Assembly (NCBI GenBank): GCA_964016885.1
Contig: OZ024742.1
Span: forward strand, 123,504,001-123,568,000
Direction of reading: 5' to 3'
Length of the DNA stretch: 64,000 nucleotides
Source: Eledone cirrhosa
Taxonomy: Eukaryota
The notes under the pieces are model-generated. The model did no database searches and was not told the DNA's origin. It saw nothing but the letters and a program-made list of their open reading frames with translations. The translations under genes were made by a program, and so were the position numbers. Below are positions 25,757-39,770 of the stretch, in pieces (the first letter of the stretch is position 1; each line of letters opens with the position of its first letter).

Positions 25757-26679
25757 TAAATCTGTTAAAATACATATTTTGTTACCAATGAAAATGACCT
25801 TGGTCTTTTAATAAACGTTGCAGAAGCAAACTTGTTATAAAAACTTCAGTTTCAATTATATCTGTGAATCACTATCAGAAGTGACTCCCGTGGAACAAAA
25901 ATGTTTGTTCTGATTATAGTAGTTTAGAACATTGGAAATTCATATTGTATATAATCATCATGATGGTAGAATAAATAGCAGAATAAATAGAATAAAAAAA
26001 GACAAATTTAGTATATATTTTAGTACAGTCCAAGCAATTCTAATACAGCTATGGTTAGTAATTTTTTATGCCTAAGAAATCAATAAAATAAGCATTAGTA
26101 TTATACTAAGGTTAATTCGTTACAGTATGGCTACCACATTTGCAATGTTATATTTGTGTCTTGGTGATCAAAATCATTATGATTTATAACCATGTAATAT
26201 TTATTTATGTTGCTGACGCAGAATGATAGCTTATGTTGTTGAAGAACATTCATTAATCTAAATAGTACCTATTTAAATGTGGCATTAATAAATGTTGAGA
26301 AAATGACTCCAGTGTAGCCAAAAATAGTACAGTCTAATTTGTAACTTTTCTTTACTAATAACTCTATTTAATTTTACATTTGCAATATCTTTTTCTACTA
26401 GATTTCAATGATGTATTGCAGATAAAATACATACCATTTTTATGTTATATATAGTATTGTTCAGATGTTTGATGGTATGTTGGATTTGGTGACTGAAGAA
26501 TCCAACATGTTTAAAGAAAGATAGGCTTAGGTCATTTTATTAGCATTGACAATGGGTTTTATTATAACGTAGAGTGAAAAGATATAGGCCTTCATAACGG
26601 AGCTGTAGCTGACTCATTTATTCTTATGAAGTGATGACGACATTGCAGAAAATTTATTTGATTCAGTGAGGGAGCCAAG

Positions 26680-26895
26680 TAAAAGTGTTCTAAGCCAAAG
26701 GCTCACCAGACCAGTGTTAATGACTAGTTTCCAGTTAAGCAACTGGGAGTAAGACTCTGCCTGGACAGGATGCCAGTCTGCCAAAGGTTTAACTCCTCAG
26801 CTACTGCTGGTATTCAATTTCAGCTAAATGTACTAGAGCAGCATGAAATAATATTTTGCGCAAGAGCACAACACAGGAGCTTTTCCATGAATAGA
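26680..26895 (-). mobile_element. SINE family B
   Basis: ctggacaggatgccagtc...cagctactgctgg...cagctaaatgtactagagcagcatgaaat...caagagcacaacac. Confidence 0.7.
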
Positions 26896-27339
26896 ACAGA
26901 CATGGCTTAATGGTTAGGATGCTTGATGTAGGACCATAGGGATATCGTAAGGAACTATAATATTATACACTGACATCTTTTTTGCAGTTTGAGGTTGCTG
27001 ATTAAATCAAGCTGAAACCTAATAGATCAGGTCTATGATCAAATTCATTCTAGCTATGGCTATGCTATTTTATTTTATCCAATGAGTCCTTCCAATAAAA
27101 AAAAAAATAGTGCTTTTTCTGGGTGTTATTGTTGGCATTTTGAGTGACAATGATATTCCATTATTGGATTTGCAGTTGCTTTAGTTAATGATAAAATATT
27201 TGATCATTACTTGCCAAGGCTTTCAGAGTTCTATCTTTTATTTGGACTGAATTTAGTCACTTCTTGCTTTTTTTAAACAATGCTGCCTATGACAGACACA
27301 TATAACAAGCTATTATACAATGTCTTCTTGTTCTTTTTA

Positions 27340-27560
27340 TTTTCTCCTTTTTCTTCTGTTTGAAAGCAACATTCACAAACACTCCTTCCAGTGGGTCCTG
27401 AGAAGCAACCATTTCCAGTTGATCCTGCTGGATCCCAAAACGAGCACAGCTGAGCTCATGCATGTTATCCAACCATCTCGCTCTGGGTCTCATGCCAGTT
27501 TGTTCTGCTCATAAAGTCTGTCCAGTGATTCTTTTTTGCGACATTCTATCCACATGCCTG
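27340..27560 (-). mobile_element. RTE-like LINE 3' end (second family)
   Basis: ORF track RPRARWLDNMHELSCARFGIQQDQLEMVASQD; four homologous copies in the window. Confidence 0.75.
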
Positions 27561-28576
27561 TAAAAGCACATGGTTGTAAAACAAACTCCTTAACCACATA
27601 GCCATGTTTACAAGCCTCATATTTATAGACTTCTAAACCTACATATATCACCAGTCACTTCTGAAAAGCACCCATTCCTTTCATTGAGATGTGTATAGGA
27701 TAACATTTAACAGTACCAAAAGGAAGTAAAAATATTCTACTGCCCTCATACTTAATTTGACAATGCATTTACATAGAATTAAAATCTACATGATTTCTTC
27801 TCTGTATATCATTTTACATCTCTCGTAGAGATCGTTACTAATTTTAAACAACTCACCATACAACATTCATTAACTAACATTCCACAAGTGAATATCTCAG
27901 TATAATTGATACTTTAAATAGAATTCTAACAGTAGTTCAATAATACTTGATCATATAACTATTTTAAGGAAAAAGCTGGAGGATACTTGCAATCTAATTA
28001 GAAGAATAAAACAAAGTTTTTTCTTATTAAATACTTAGAAATAGCAAAGGTTTTAGATAATTTCAAATATTTAAATGAAAATTTTTACATGCTTTTATTA
28101 ACAAAACGAAAAAAAAAATAGTATGGTTCTCTACACATTATATATGTATGTATGTGTGTGTGTGTGTTTGTGTGTGTATAACCATACTATATATATATAT
28201 ATGTGTGTGTGTTTTTTGATTTCATTGAGTTTATAAATGCAGATAACTGAATCCTTTTATTTGTTTAACTTCAAAATGAGAAAATATTTTCAAACACCTA
28301 TGTTGGTTATATCTAAAATGAATGATTTTACTGTCTCCAGTTTGATTATTTTCTGTTAATTTAATAATTTAAATGTATTTGAAGATGCATTGTAATCTTA
28401 TTCTGAAGACAAAAGAGAAACAAATTCAAACATAATACAATGCTTAATATAAAACAGAAATCAAGCACATGAACTATATTTTATTTTGAGAACATTTTTT
28501 AGGTTGTGAAAGATGTTTGATTAGAACTAGGTTGAAAAAGGCTAAATCATAAGTTTTCCCAGCGAACCATTAATAA

Positions 28577-29000
28577 TGATTTCTACCTTAGTCACAAGAC
28601 CAGCAATTATGTGTAGAGGAGAAAGTTCATTAAATCGACCTGAGTTTTTGAGTGGAGGTACATGGCCCAGTGGTATGGGTGTTGGACTTAGGATCATAAT
28701 GTTGTGAGATTATTGATTCCTGGACATGGTTTTGTGTTGTGTTCTGGAGCAAAACACTTCATTTCACATTGCTCTATTATATTCAGCTGAAAATGAGTGC
28801 CAGCAATAGCTATGCTGGGGGTTTAACTCTGTGATGAACTAGCATCCCGTCCAGGAGGAGTCCTGTCACTTCCCACCATGAAAGCTGGAATAAGCACTGG
28901 CCTGATAAGCCTTTGGACTCAAGACAGACTTTTAGACTTTAGTACTTCACTGGTACTCTAGTTTATCAATGGCAAAATAATCATATGTAAAGTTAACCTC
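28577..29000 (-). mobile_element. Old SINE A interrupted by a family B SINE
   Basis: SINE A 3' part at 28577-28650 resumes at ~28945 (cactggtactctagtttatcaat...aaagttaacctc). Confidence 0.6.
28654..28945 (+). mobile_element. SINE family B, full length (tRNA head, CORE-like block, V-like tail)
   Basis: ggaggtacatggcccagtggt...gattcctgg; tgtgttctggagcaaaacacttcatttcacattgctct; gtgatgaactagcatcccgtccaggagg; (tttagac) tail. Confidence 0.8.
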
Positions 29001-29403
29001 AAGTTAAATTTATGGATTTGGTGCAAATGATAATTTTTCAAACTTAATGTTTAGTGTCATCTAGTTTGATTTTCAGTGAACTGATTTCAAATCACATCTT
29101 GAAATAAAATTCTATCTTGTTCATGTCAGTGAGGGTGCCTCTAGATAATTGGTTAACTTCATGAAATATCAAGTTTATGTACATATCTTTACATGCTGCT
29201 TTTCTACATTTAGTTGTTGACCTCGTATTATCATCCATTTCACCTGCCCCCATTTCCTCTTTTATCTTCTTTTTTCTGCCATTTTCAACTTATTTATTTG
29301 CAATTGATGTATGTTGGTTTTCCTTGGTGCAAGCCACCACAAAGTTTTTCATTTGGCTGGGTTTTTGTTGCATATAATTCATAAGTCATTATTGTAAAAA
29401 AAA

Positions 29404-29592
29404 GCGGTGGATTGGCAGTATTGGTAGAGGGTCGGACGCCATGCTTTGATGCATAGAGTTACGGCCCTTGCTATTCTGAGTTCAAATCCCGCCGAGGTTA
29501 ACTTTGCCTTTCATCCTTACGGGGTCGATAAAATAAAGTACCAGTAATGTACTGGGTAATTTCTGGCCTTGTGCCAATAGTAGAAACAATTA
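29404..29592 (+). mobile_element. SINE family A, full length and young
   Basis: Complete A and B boxes; perfect 17-bp TSD attattgtaaaaaaaag (29388-29404 and 29589-29605). Confidence 0.95.
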
Positions 29593-30081
29593 TTGTAAAA
29601 AAAAGAATTGAAGAAACTTAGGATTTTTGAAAGTTATAAGCATCCTTTTTATTCAAATATTTACTACAAGTGGTAGACATAAAATTAAATGAACTAAAAG
29701 GGAAATGTTTGATTCATTGAAAAGCAATACAACTAGTATTTTGAAGAAGTGTATTCTAAATTATCAGCACTTGAGTTTTGTTTCCATTTTCTTTTAGTCT
29801 TCATTTTTTTTATTAAGTAGACATAGCAATATGAATTCAATATATCATTATGTTAGATATAAGCAGGTTTACAAGCACTAGTTGCATACTTTAGTATCTG
29901 GCTTGTACTTATGTTTAGTAATTTCAAAGCACTACAAATATGAAATGTTAGGTGAATTTTGCAGTTAACAGAAAAATGTCAAATGAATCACAATTACAGT
30001 TTATCCTGGAAAAGGACCACTGTGATGTTGACTCTATTCATAGATTGAATATCAAATGTCTTGATGTGAATATATTATTAA

Positions 30082-30185
30082 TAATAGTTGTTTCTACTTT
30101 TGGTACAAGGCCAGCAATGACCCAGTACATTACTGGTACTTTATTTTATCAACCCCGTAAGGATGAAAGGCAAAGATAACCTCAG
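30082..30185 (-). mobile_element. 5'-truncated SINE A
   Basis: ttgtttctacttttggtacaaggccagcaat...ggatgaaaggcaaagataacctc. Confidence 0.88.
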
Positions 30186-30294
30186 TACATGAAAATAGTT
30201 TCTGAAATATGAAATAACTCATCTTTTTAACAGGAATATATCATTAGATCAACAATTATATAAAATGACTCTACATCTCATGCCTCTTATATAG

Positions 30295-30430
30295 GTTTGT
30301 GTTTTATCCTCACATGTTCAATAAAATAAAGTACCAGTAATGCACTGGAGTTGATTAAATCAACTTTCCTTTCCCAAAAAATTGTTTGCCTTGTGCCTAA
30401 GTCAGAAACCATTATTGTTATTATTATTAG
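30295..30430 (+). mobile_element. Old SINE A (long subfamily) 3' part
   Basis: aataaaataaagtaccagtaatgcactggagttgattaaatcaac...gccttgtgcctaagtcagaaaccattatt. Confidence 0.75.
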
Positions 30431-31544
30431 TTTATTACTACAATGTGGGAGTAGTTTATCAATTATGTATATCAAATATCCAATGGCAAATACCGTGTTT
30501 TGTTTCTGTCTTACACACTTTTCAACAGAAAGGCATGTACAGGCCTATTTCCCATTTATATCTGAAACGATCAAACCTTATAATGATATGACACTACTAT
30601 TAATGTAGATATATATTTAGTTTAGACTTTCACTCTTCAAAGATCAAATCTCACTGGGAATGATTTAGACTATATATTTTGGAGTCAGTAAGTCACTACA
30701 AAAAAATCAATTATGATCACTACTTCTATTAAAAAAGGCATTAGAAAATGATCTGATAGAAGTTTTGTGTAAATGCCTGATGGGTTCATGATGAGAAGGT
30801 ACAATGTTATTATTGGTAAATTTATGTTCCTAGTTCGCCACATGGATTTTTATATCCTTGATTATTTGCACTCTTTAGTTGTATCTCAAAACAAACAATA
30901 GTTTATATCATATAAACCATGTTCTTTGCCCATTTATTGCTGTGAGGATGCTGGGGCAGAGTCATTATGCACCCATTCCAGAGGATCTTATCAGAATCAA
31001 TCATCACCATTTCATTCAGCTGCATCCCCAAATGAGGCCAACTGATGTTATGATTGTTATCCAAATATTTTGCTTAGGGTCTACCTCTGGGACTCCTGCT
31101 GGTTGACATTACCTGTAAATTCTGGCTTGGGATTCCTTGCTTAGACATTCTAACCATCATGAATTATGTATTATTTTTAACATATAATCTAACATCAATT
31201 ATATAAGTTTGGTTTTCTGAATAAGAACTTTTATTTGGTTGTTGTTGATAATTACTTTTACTTGCAACTTTACATCTTCTTAGATGTTCTACGTTTTCTG
31301 TAGACTATCTTCATCTACATATAGAATGTGCATTATTATGCATTCTTCAAGGCTCTGACCAGAATATTTGACCTCACTAACATTTCATTTCATGTAGCTT
31401 GTCTTTTAAAGAATTGCTTTTGGTTTGGACTGTTGATTTGGTTTGGACTCTTGAAACTACATTATCTACTTAGGATAACAATTTGATCTTTTTCGATTAT
31501 GTTACTGAAATTGTAATTCCCAATTTATTATTATTATTATTATT

Positions 31545-32551
31545 GTTTTTCCTTTTCCTTCAATTTTGTTTCCATTTCTTACTGAGCGTCTACCCTATAC
31601 CTATGGCAGAGAAACTCACTACATACATTGATAAGTCACAAAATAAACACCAGATTGTTCATGTCACGTACTTTATACAGTTACAAGTATATCATTTCTC
31701 TGTTTAAGATCACCTTTATAACAGAATGATATTCAATCATAAGAGAGTGCTCAATTATTTCTAACTTACATAATTATGGAATATAATCTAATAAAGTTAT
31801 GTAAAAAAACATTACAATGATGATTATCTTTCTCAAAATGAGTGTGCCCTTCTCAATAAATGTGCCATACCAGTTAAAATAAGTTTTTGCACTTCTTGTA
31901 GTTATGGTAAGCCAGGAATCATCCTAAAATAATTTCCTATTCTTTTTTTAATCATTATTACTGCCCCTACAATCACTAGTATTGTAACCATCTTGAGATG
32001 CCACATTCTTCGAATTTCAATCAACAAATCTTTATATTTTCTGAGCTTGTCAAATTCTTTTGCTGAAATATTATGATCACATGGGATGCTCATATCAATC
32101 AATAATCATTCTTTGTTATTTTGGTGGTTTACAATAATATCTGGGATGTTAGTTTTGATGGTTCTGCCTCAGGGAGAAATTGTTACTTTCTGAGTTGTTG
32201 CTGATTTTGATCTTTTGGTCTCTTCATCTTTGCCACCCTCTCCTCTTTCTTGTTCTTGTTTTTCTATTCATATAGTTGATGGATTGACAAGTTTTGGTTG
32301 CTGGCTCTTCTACTACTATGTGTAGTGGTATGGATGGCTTGAAATCTGTGATGCCATTTTGAATTTTTCAAAGAGTTAAAGAAAAAATAAACTTTGGAAC
32401 AGACCTCAAGACTGCCCCACAAGGGAAGGTGTATGTGACCTCTATGGTGCTTGCCTGGTTATTTTCAGAAATTGATGAATGTGTTTGGCTAACCGCGGTT
32501 GGTGTAACTGTGCAAAATTGGACAAAAACTACCCTCAAAAGAATCAGCGTG
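31545..32551 (-). mobile_element. Internally deleted R4/Dong-like non-LTR element inserted in (TAA)n
   Basis: RTIKTNIPDIIV...LLIDMSIPCDHNISAKEFDKLRKYKDLLIEIRRMWHLKMVTILVIVGAV is an R4/Dong-type RLE domain (PD..D...K..KY..L..EI.R.W). Both ends abut (tta)n runs (31525-31544 and 32552 onward). Confidence 0.75.
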
Positions 32552-32607
32552 TTATTATTATTATTATTATTGGTATTACTATTATTATTAATGGAAATGC
32601 TTTATGA

Positions 32608-32738
32608 TCTGAGTTCAAATCCCACCGAGGTTAACTTTGCCTTTCATCCATACGGGGTTGATAAAATAAAGTACCAGTAATGTACTGGGTAATTGCTGGC
32701 TTTGTGCCAAAAGTAGAAACAATTATTATTATTATTAT
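32608..32738 (+). mobile_element. SINE A lacking the 5' part, in (ATT)n
   Basis: tctgagttcaaatcccaccgagg...gtagaaacaattattatt. Confidence 0.9.
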
Positions 32739-33689
32739 CATAATCTCTGCATGTTTTTGGCATAACTGAGAACACTCCTGTGACTTAGGTATATCGAAAT
32801 GTTATGATTTTAGATCGATTTAACACCCTTTAGCATTTCTGTCTCTTTGTTTTGTAATCTTCTTTTCACTGATTGCCCCTTGGACCAATGAACGAGGAAT
32901 ATTTTGATTGTTATTTTTATTATTATCAACATTATTAGTATTTTTATTGTCGATATTATTTTTGTAAGCCATAAACATGGTATCTTGTTTCCTAGGAGAA
33001 CCACTTTCTTTAGAATATTAAGATTGTATTTATGGAAATCTTATACTACAGTTTACCATTAGCTTGATTGTAGGCTGGTCATTTGACAGCTACACATCAC
33101 TTTAGTGAGCGACCCTTTACTATTTTCCGACTGAAATATGTTTTATAGACTGGTAGCAGACATTGTTATAATGCATGAAACCAAGCAGTAGGTCAGCAAT
33201 AGTGGCTTTGCTGACGTATCTTCTACTAAATTACTTTCAACATAACAAAATAATTTGTTTTCAACATTTATTTTATCGTTGCTTAAATTGATGAAGATGG
33301 CCTTAGAAACACTTTCTTTCCTAGAAATAAAACAGTGGAAAACGATATAGAAATTTTGAGATAAGTTAGTAAAATAGGAGATGGAGGAAGTTTTATTGAG
33401 TTTGTGATTCTGTCACTGCTACTGATGCTTGTAGCGCTAGTAATACTGATAATTGTTTAAATAAGATTTATATTTTAAATAATAATTGTATGGAGATAAT
33501 TGGTTGATTTGATGTCTATCTTTTTTCTTTCTCCATCTGGTTTCAAATGTTTCTATATAGTTATTTATTACTGAGTGAATGAAATCATGTTAATGCATTT
33601 TTAAATGGAATATTACAAGTCATATATGTAAATATTTGTGCTCGGAGATAATCAAAGAGTGCTCCAATCAAAATGGACTACTGTTGACT

Positions 33690-33870
33690 TCGAAAATGAG
33701 TTTAATTATTGAGTCAACGGAACGACCTTGTTAAATTTACATGTAGGTAGCTGATTATTCCACAGACCTATATACACTTCACTTAAGGTAATTTTGAAGG
33801 AGAGTCAACATGTCATGCTATATGGGTAAGGTTGGTTATTTGAATTTTAGTCACAATTCATTTGTCACAG
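33690..33870 (-). mobile_element. Degenerate SINE body (fourth family), related to 57340-57530
   Basis: gtagctgattattccacag...aaggttggttatttgaattttagtcacaattcattt is roughly the reverse complement of atgagttgtacctgtaattcaaaaggccagc...ggaatgctcagcta. Confidence 0.45.
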
Positions 33871-34191
33871 TTTATGTTTACCCAATTTAATTCACAAGGC
33901 TTCAGTTTATCCGCGGTTATAGCAAAATGAAAAACAAAAAAAACATGTTAAAAGGCCACACAGTGAGCCTCAATCTAGAACCTCATAATTGGTCATGCTG
34001 CATCTCCTATCAAAATATACATGATGGGCATAATAAATCTGAATAATCATAAATCTTAATGTGTTTAATATCCACTAGGAGGAAATTGTTGAATTGTCAT
34101 ACGGATTGTAATGTAGTATTTGTAACTATTTTAATCATAGTTACGTTCAAAAGCTGAGGTAATTAGTGGATGGAGTTTTTTCTGTATTTAC

Positions 34192-34480
34192 TAGTCTAAA
34201 AGGTCTGTCGGCATCGAGTCTGAAGGCTCATCAGGCTGGTATTATCCCAGTTTTAGTGGCGTGGAACGAATGAGAATACAAGGCTCCCTCTTGGAAAACG
34301 CCAGTTCATCGAAGTGTTAACCCCCAGCTATTGCTGGTACTTATCTTTAGCTGAGTATAATAGAGCAACATAAAATGAAGTGTTTTGCTCAAGAGCACAA
34401 CACACAACCCAATCCAGGAATCAAACGCACAACAATATGATCGTAAGTTCAGCAACCTTACCACTAGGCTACGCAACTCC
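34192..34480 (-). mobile_element. SINE family B, full length
   Basis: Reverse complement of 28654-28945, ending ccactaggctacgcaactcc. Confidence 0.8.
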
Positions 34481-36009
34481 ACTATTAGTTTTGTCACTAA
34501 AAAGATTACTGCTGATTAAATAGATATGAGTGAAGCTATGTCGATAATCAATTCAATTCTAAATACACCCCTGCCTTTTTATTATATATGAAATTTGTCA
34601 ATACTATTTGATACATGTGGTTCTCTGAAATGTTTAATTGCATGAATTGTCAAGTGAGTGAAATTTATTGATTTCTTATAAGCCCATAAGTATATTAATT
34701 AGTTAATTTAGTACAAATATACATTTATAACGCGTAGTTAATAATTGTATTTAAGCAAATTGTATTTATGCAAACGGACAAACAAAAAAAGAGAATCTTT
34801 CAACATCACTCGTTGCATTTTTGTGTATGTGGTAGAACACATCATATCAAACTTCCTGAATTAATTTTACACGTGATCTAAGCTTCACAGCAAGTTAATA
34901 TCACCATCATCGTTTCCTTGCTCACAAAGGCTGGACGTGTTTTCACAAACCAGTCAGTATTCAAGCGGGCCACGTATATGATACAGAGCTCTATCGAATG
35001 CAATTTATCTTGACACTAAGCTAGAGAAGTTGTCATGCCTTTAAGACAGTTGAAGTGTCCCCCGATACTTTGTTTTGTAAGTCTTCTATGTCTAGAGGAT
35101 CTTCCTATTATCGACTACAATCAGAGAGTAGTAGGTGCGTTTATCGTGCATGTTGCATGTATACGTGTTAATTAACTTCATAACAGTAGAGAATATCCAT
35201 TAATGATGACCGAGTCTTAATTTTGCGTGGTCGATATAATCACATATATGGAAAGGGAACATCTTCCCCACAAGGGTATGCTTGCGCCTACATATATATG
35301 TGTTGTATATTAGCTTGCAAGTGGAGAGTAATAAACATGTATGGTGAGTATATGTAGTAGTTATAGGTTATTATTTGTCCAAGATTTAAAATGTTAAGCC
35401 AAAGAAAGTAATAAATCTGAAGATAATGACCGATTGCTCTTCGGTCATTATGTGTATTGACAAATATATGTATATACATGGTATAATAAATCTTGTAATT
35501 CTAAATTGTCATATTTTCCTCTGACATGATAACAAAAGAAAAAGGTAGAATTCATTTCAGCTTGAGCCTGGCATACAATCAGCAATTTTTCTTACAGTTT
35601 ACTAAGGATTTCAAGCTATCTTTATCAATTCCAAGAAACTCGTGAAATATACGCAACAAAAACGCGCCCGAAGTAAAAAAGTATATTACATTTTCATAGT
35701 TGCATCGTAAGTTGGCACACCACCGTTTGTAAATAATTGAAGATGTTCATATCTGACAAAAGATGTTTTTGTAAGATATGTCTTCAAACAATGACTTTAA
35801 CTCTTCATGCGATTTAAAGCAAATAGTGGAATAGAAGGAATGCGTATAAAGAAATCAAATAACCCTCTCTTCTCTCTCTCTCACATATACATACACACAC
35901 ATACTGACGACACCAAAAGCATTGGTATTCATATTACTGGAAACCAGAGTTGGTAAATATTCCTTAACACGTTTATTACAAAAAATGTTATATTACTGCA
36001 GTAATATAT

Positions 36010-36367
36010 TTACACAGAAAGGAAGGAACTCAGTGACACCTTAGGTATGTGTCTTCTAGTATAGCCTCGAATTGACAAATGACTTGTGATTGAAATATGG
36101 TATGCGTATACTGTATCAAACCTTGTTGCATAAACTATAGTTACTGTGCCTTTTAGTATCGATGTGCTGTTACTCGTTCCCCACCTCCAGCTTTGTCGCT
36201 TCAGCCACAAACATGGGCTCCGCTGCCTGCAATATAGAGAAGAGGAAGATAGATAAATACCGGGAACAGACCGAGTGCGTCCTCTTTGTACCCGCGGAAC
36301 ACTTTCGTGAAAACTAGCGGTGTATTTGGATTAAGATGTATATAATATAAGTATACACATGTTCGTA

Positions 36368-36398
<31 letters not shown>

Positions 36399-36480
36399 AT
36401 ATATATACATACTTAATATATTTGTAATGTATATGAAAACATACAATGTTTCTATACAATGAGTTTATAGGTTACCTTGC
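36010..36480 (-). promoter_or_regulatory. Candidate 5' end of a minus-strand gene (CpG-containing region, possible intron 36475-36227)
   Basis: Minus-strand donor CAAG|GTAACC at 36476/36475 and pyrimidine-rich acceptor tctatcttcctcttctctatattgCAG|G at 36227/36226. Lies just right of the CpG-depletion boundary. Confidence 0.35.
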
Positions 36481-36619
36481 TGCCGAAGAAAAATGTTTTT
36501 TCGTAACGAAATATTTTTTTTTCTCTATTCTATATCACAGAATTGCCAATATGTTCTGAGAATGTCTGACAGCACTGTTTCAAGATTTGTTAATCTTTCA
36601 TCAGTGACACTCCCTCAAA

Positions 36620-36800
36620 ACATACTGCATGTAGCTCCCTCACCCACAGCGGACACGCCGACCCCTAGTTACACAGGGCTGAGCTCCTTGCACAATTCAG
36701 GTCTGATGGATCTGCTGACTACCTTAGCAGCTTGCCTCCGTAAGACTTACCCACAGTGATAGGGCGTATGCCACCCTTTTTCTTCCTGAGAGGGGTCAGT
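36620..36800 (-). mobile_element. CRE-clade RT fragment
   Basis: LTPLRKKKGGIRPITVG/VLRRQAAKVVSRSIRPELCKELSPV*LGVGVS matches CRE RT domains 1-2 (GGIRPIAVG..LRRL.AK...P.QLGVG). Confidence 0.8.
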
Positions 36801-37042
36801 TATTTTAGAAAACCAAGTAGATTGATAGTGTGGTAGACCGAGTGACAGATAGAGAAAAGTTGAATCTATTATCCAAAGACAGAGAACTATAGATAGCAGC
36901 CGCTCGACCACTATAACACCTTGTGTATATGAAAAGGAAAGAAAAATAAGAGAGAGAGAGAGAGAGATATGTAGCGAAAAAGTTATAACATTTCAATCCA
37001 TTTCCCAAATAAATCTAACAAAAAGTATTCGCGAGTTACTTG

Positions 37043-37229
37043 CGGTTTTGGCAGTATCGGTAGAGGGTCGGACACCTTGCTTTGAGGCAAAGAGTTACGG
37101 CTCTTGCCATTCTGAGTTCAAATCCCGCCGGGGTTAAGTTTTCCTTTCATCCTTACGGGGTCGATAAAATAAAGTACCAGTAATGCACTGGTTAATTTCT
37201 GGCCTTGTGCCAAAAGTAGAAACAATTAT
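37043..37229 (+). mobile_element. SINE family A, full length
   Basis: tggcagtatcggtagagggtcggac...gagttcaaatcc...gtagaaacaattat. Confidence 0.92.
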
Positions 37230-37254
37230 GTAGATATATACATATATTCATTCG

Positions 37255-38990
<1,736 letters not shown>

Positions 38991-39124
38991 AGTTGCACAA
39001 GCGCGTTGTTTATCTTAGTTGTTACGTAGTACTTTCCTGATGATAAGCAAGTGCTAGCGATCCAAAGATCTACACGTCAGTAGTTTATCCCAGGTAGGTG
39101 ATAGTGAGTGACGGAGTGTTCATT

Positions 39125-39459
39125 TATCAAATAATGGTGGTTAACACAGGATTAAATCACCATAATTGTTTATTGCATTTTATATATTTCTGTTACATGG
39201 TCAATCATATGATTTCTTCAGATGCTTACGCAATCATTGTGATATACCGGTGGCCATGTACGTCTATCAAGTAGTGTCGAACAACTTCGCTATTGGATGG
39301 TCGTGCATGGTCACCGGCATATCACAATAATTGCATAACTGAACGAATGATTGCATAAGCATCTGACAAAACCACATAAATAACCATGTAACAGAAATAT
39401 ATATAATGCAATAAACAATTATGGTGATTTAATCCCGTCTTAACTACCATCATTTGCTA
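39125..39459. mobile_element. Foldback MITE (~330-bp imperfect palindrome, TA-flanked)
   Basis: caaataatggtggttaacacaggattaaatcaccataattgtttattgcatt... pairs with ...aatgcaataaacaattatggtgatttaatcccgtcttaactaccatcatttg; pairing continues towards the centre. Confidence 0.85.
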
Positions 39460-39554
39460 CACACACTCACACACATACACATATGACGAACTTCCACATG
39501 ATTGTCTACCTTAATCATCATTAGTCACCCAATAGCTCCGTTAGAAATCACTTG

Positions 39555-39770
39555 GGATTAAACCAGCAGGTTCTGTCAGACACTCACCTCCAATTAATCA
39601 GCTGGATCTCCAAGCGAGACCAGCCCAGCTCAAGGATGTTATCCCCATATCTTGCTTGGGGAGTACCCCTGGGTTTCCTGCCAGTTAGGCTTTGCAAAAT
39701 CTGTCCTGCAATTCTTTCCTGAGACATTCTAACATGTTAGTAATATCAAAGCTGTGTTCTCTCTATTCGT
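39555..39770 (-). mobile_element. RTE-like LINE 3' end (second family)
   Basis: ggatctccaagcgagaccagcccagctcaaggatgttatcc, shared with 16370, 27340 and 47790. Confidence 0.75.

Noticed and set aside
29404-29495. tRNA gene (A and B boxes)
   Set aside because: Box spacing is extended, no cloverleaf is evident, and it is the head of a multi-copy SINE with TSDs.
34215-34260. CTGATGAG in the family B SINE tail as a hammerhead (also 28900 and 62585)
   Set aside because: GAAAC-like and CTGATGA motifs are present, but there is no stem I or NUH between them, so the topology cannot be completed.
36493-36790. Plus-strand 88-aa ORF with a good acceptor, and a minus-strand GG|GTAAGT donor at 36750
   Set aside because: Both overlap the CRE RT relic; the 'donor' is the VG codons of GGIRPITVG. 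No host-protein signal.
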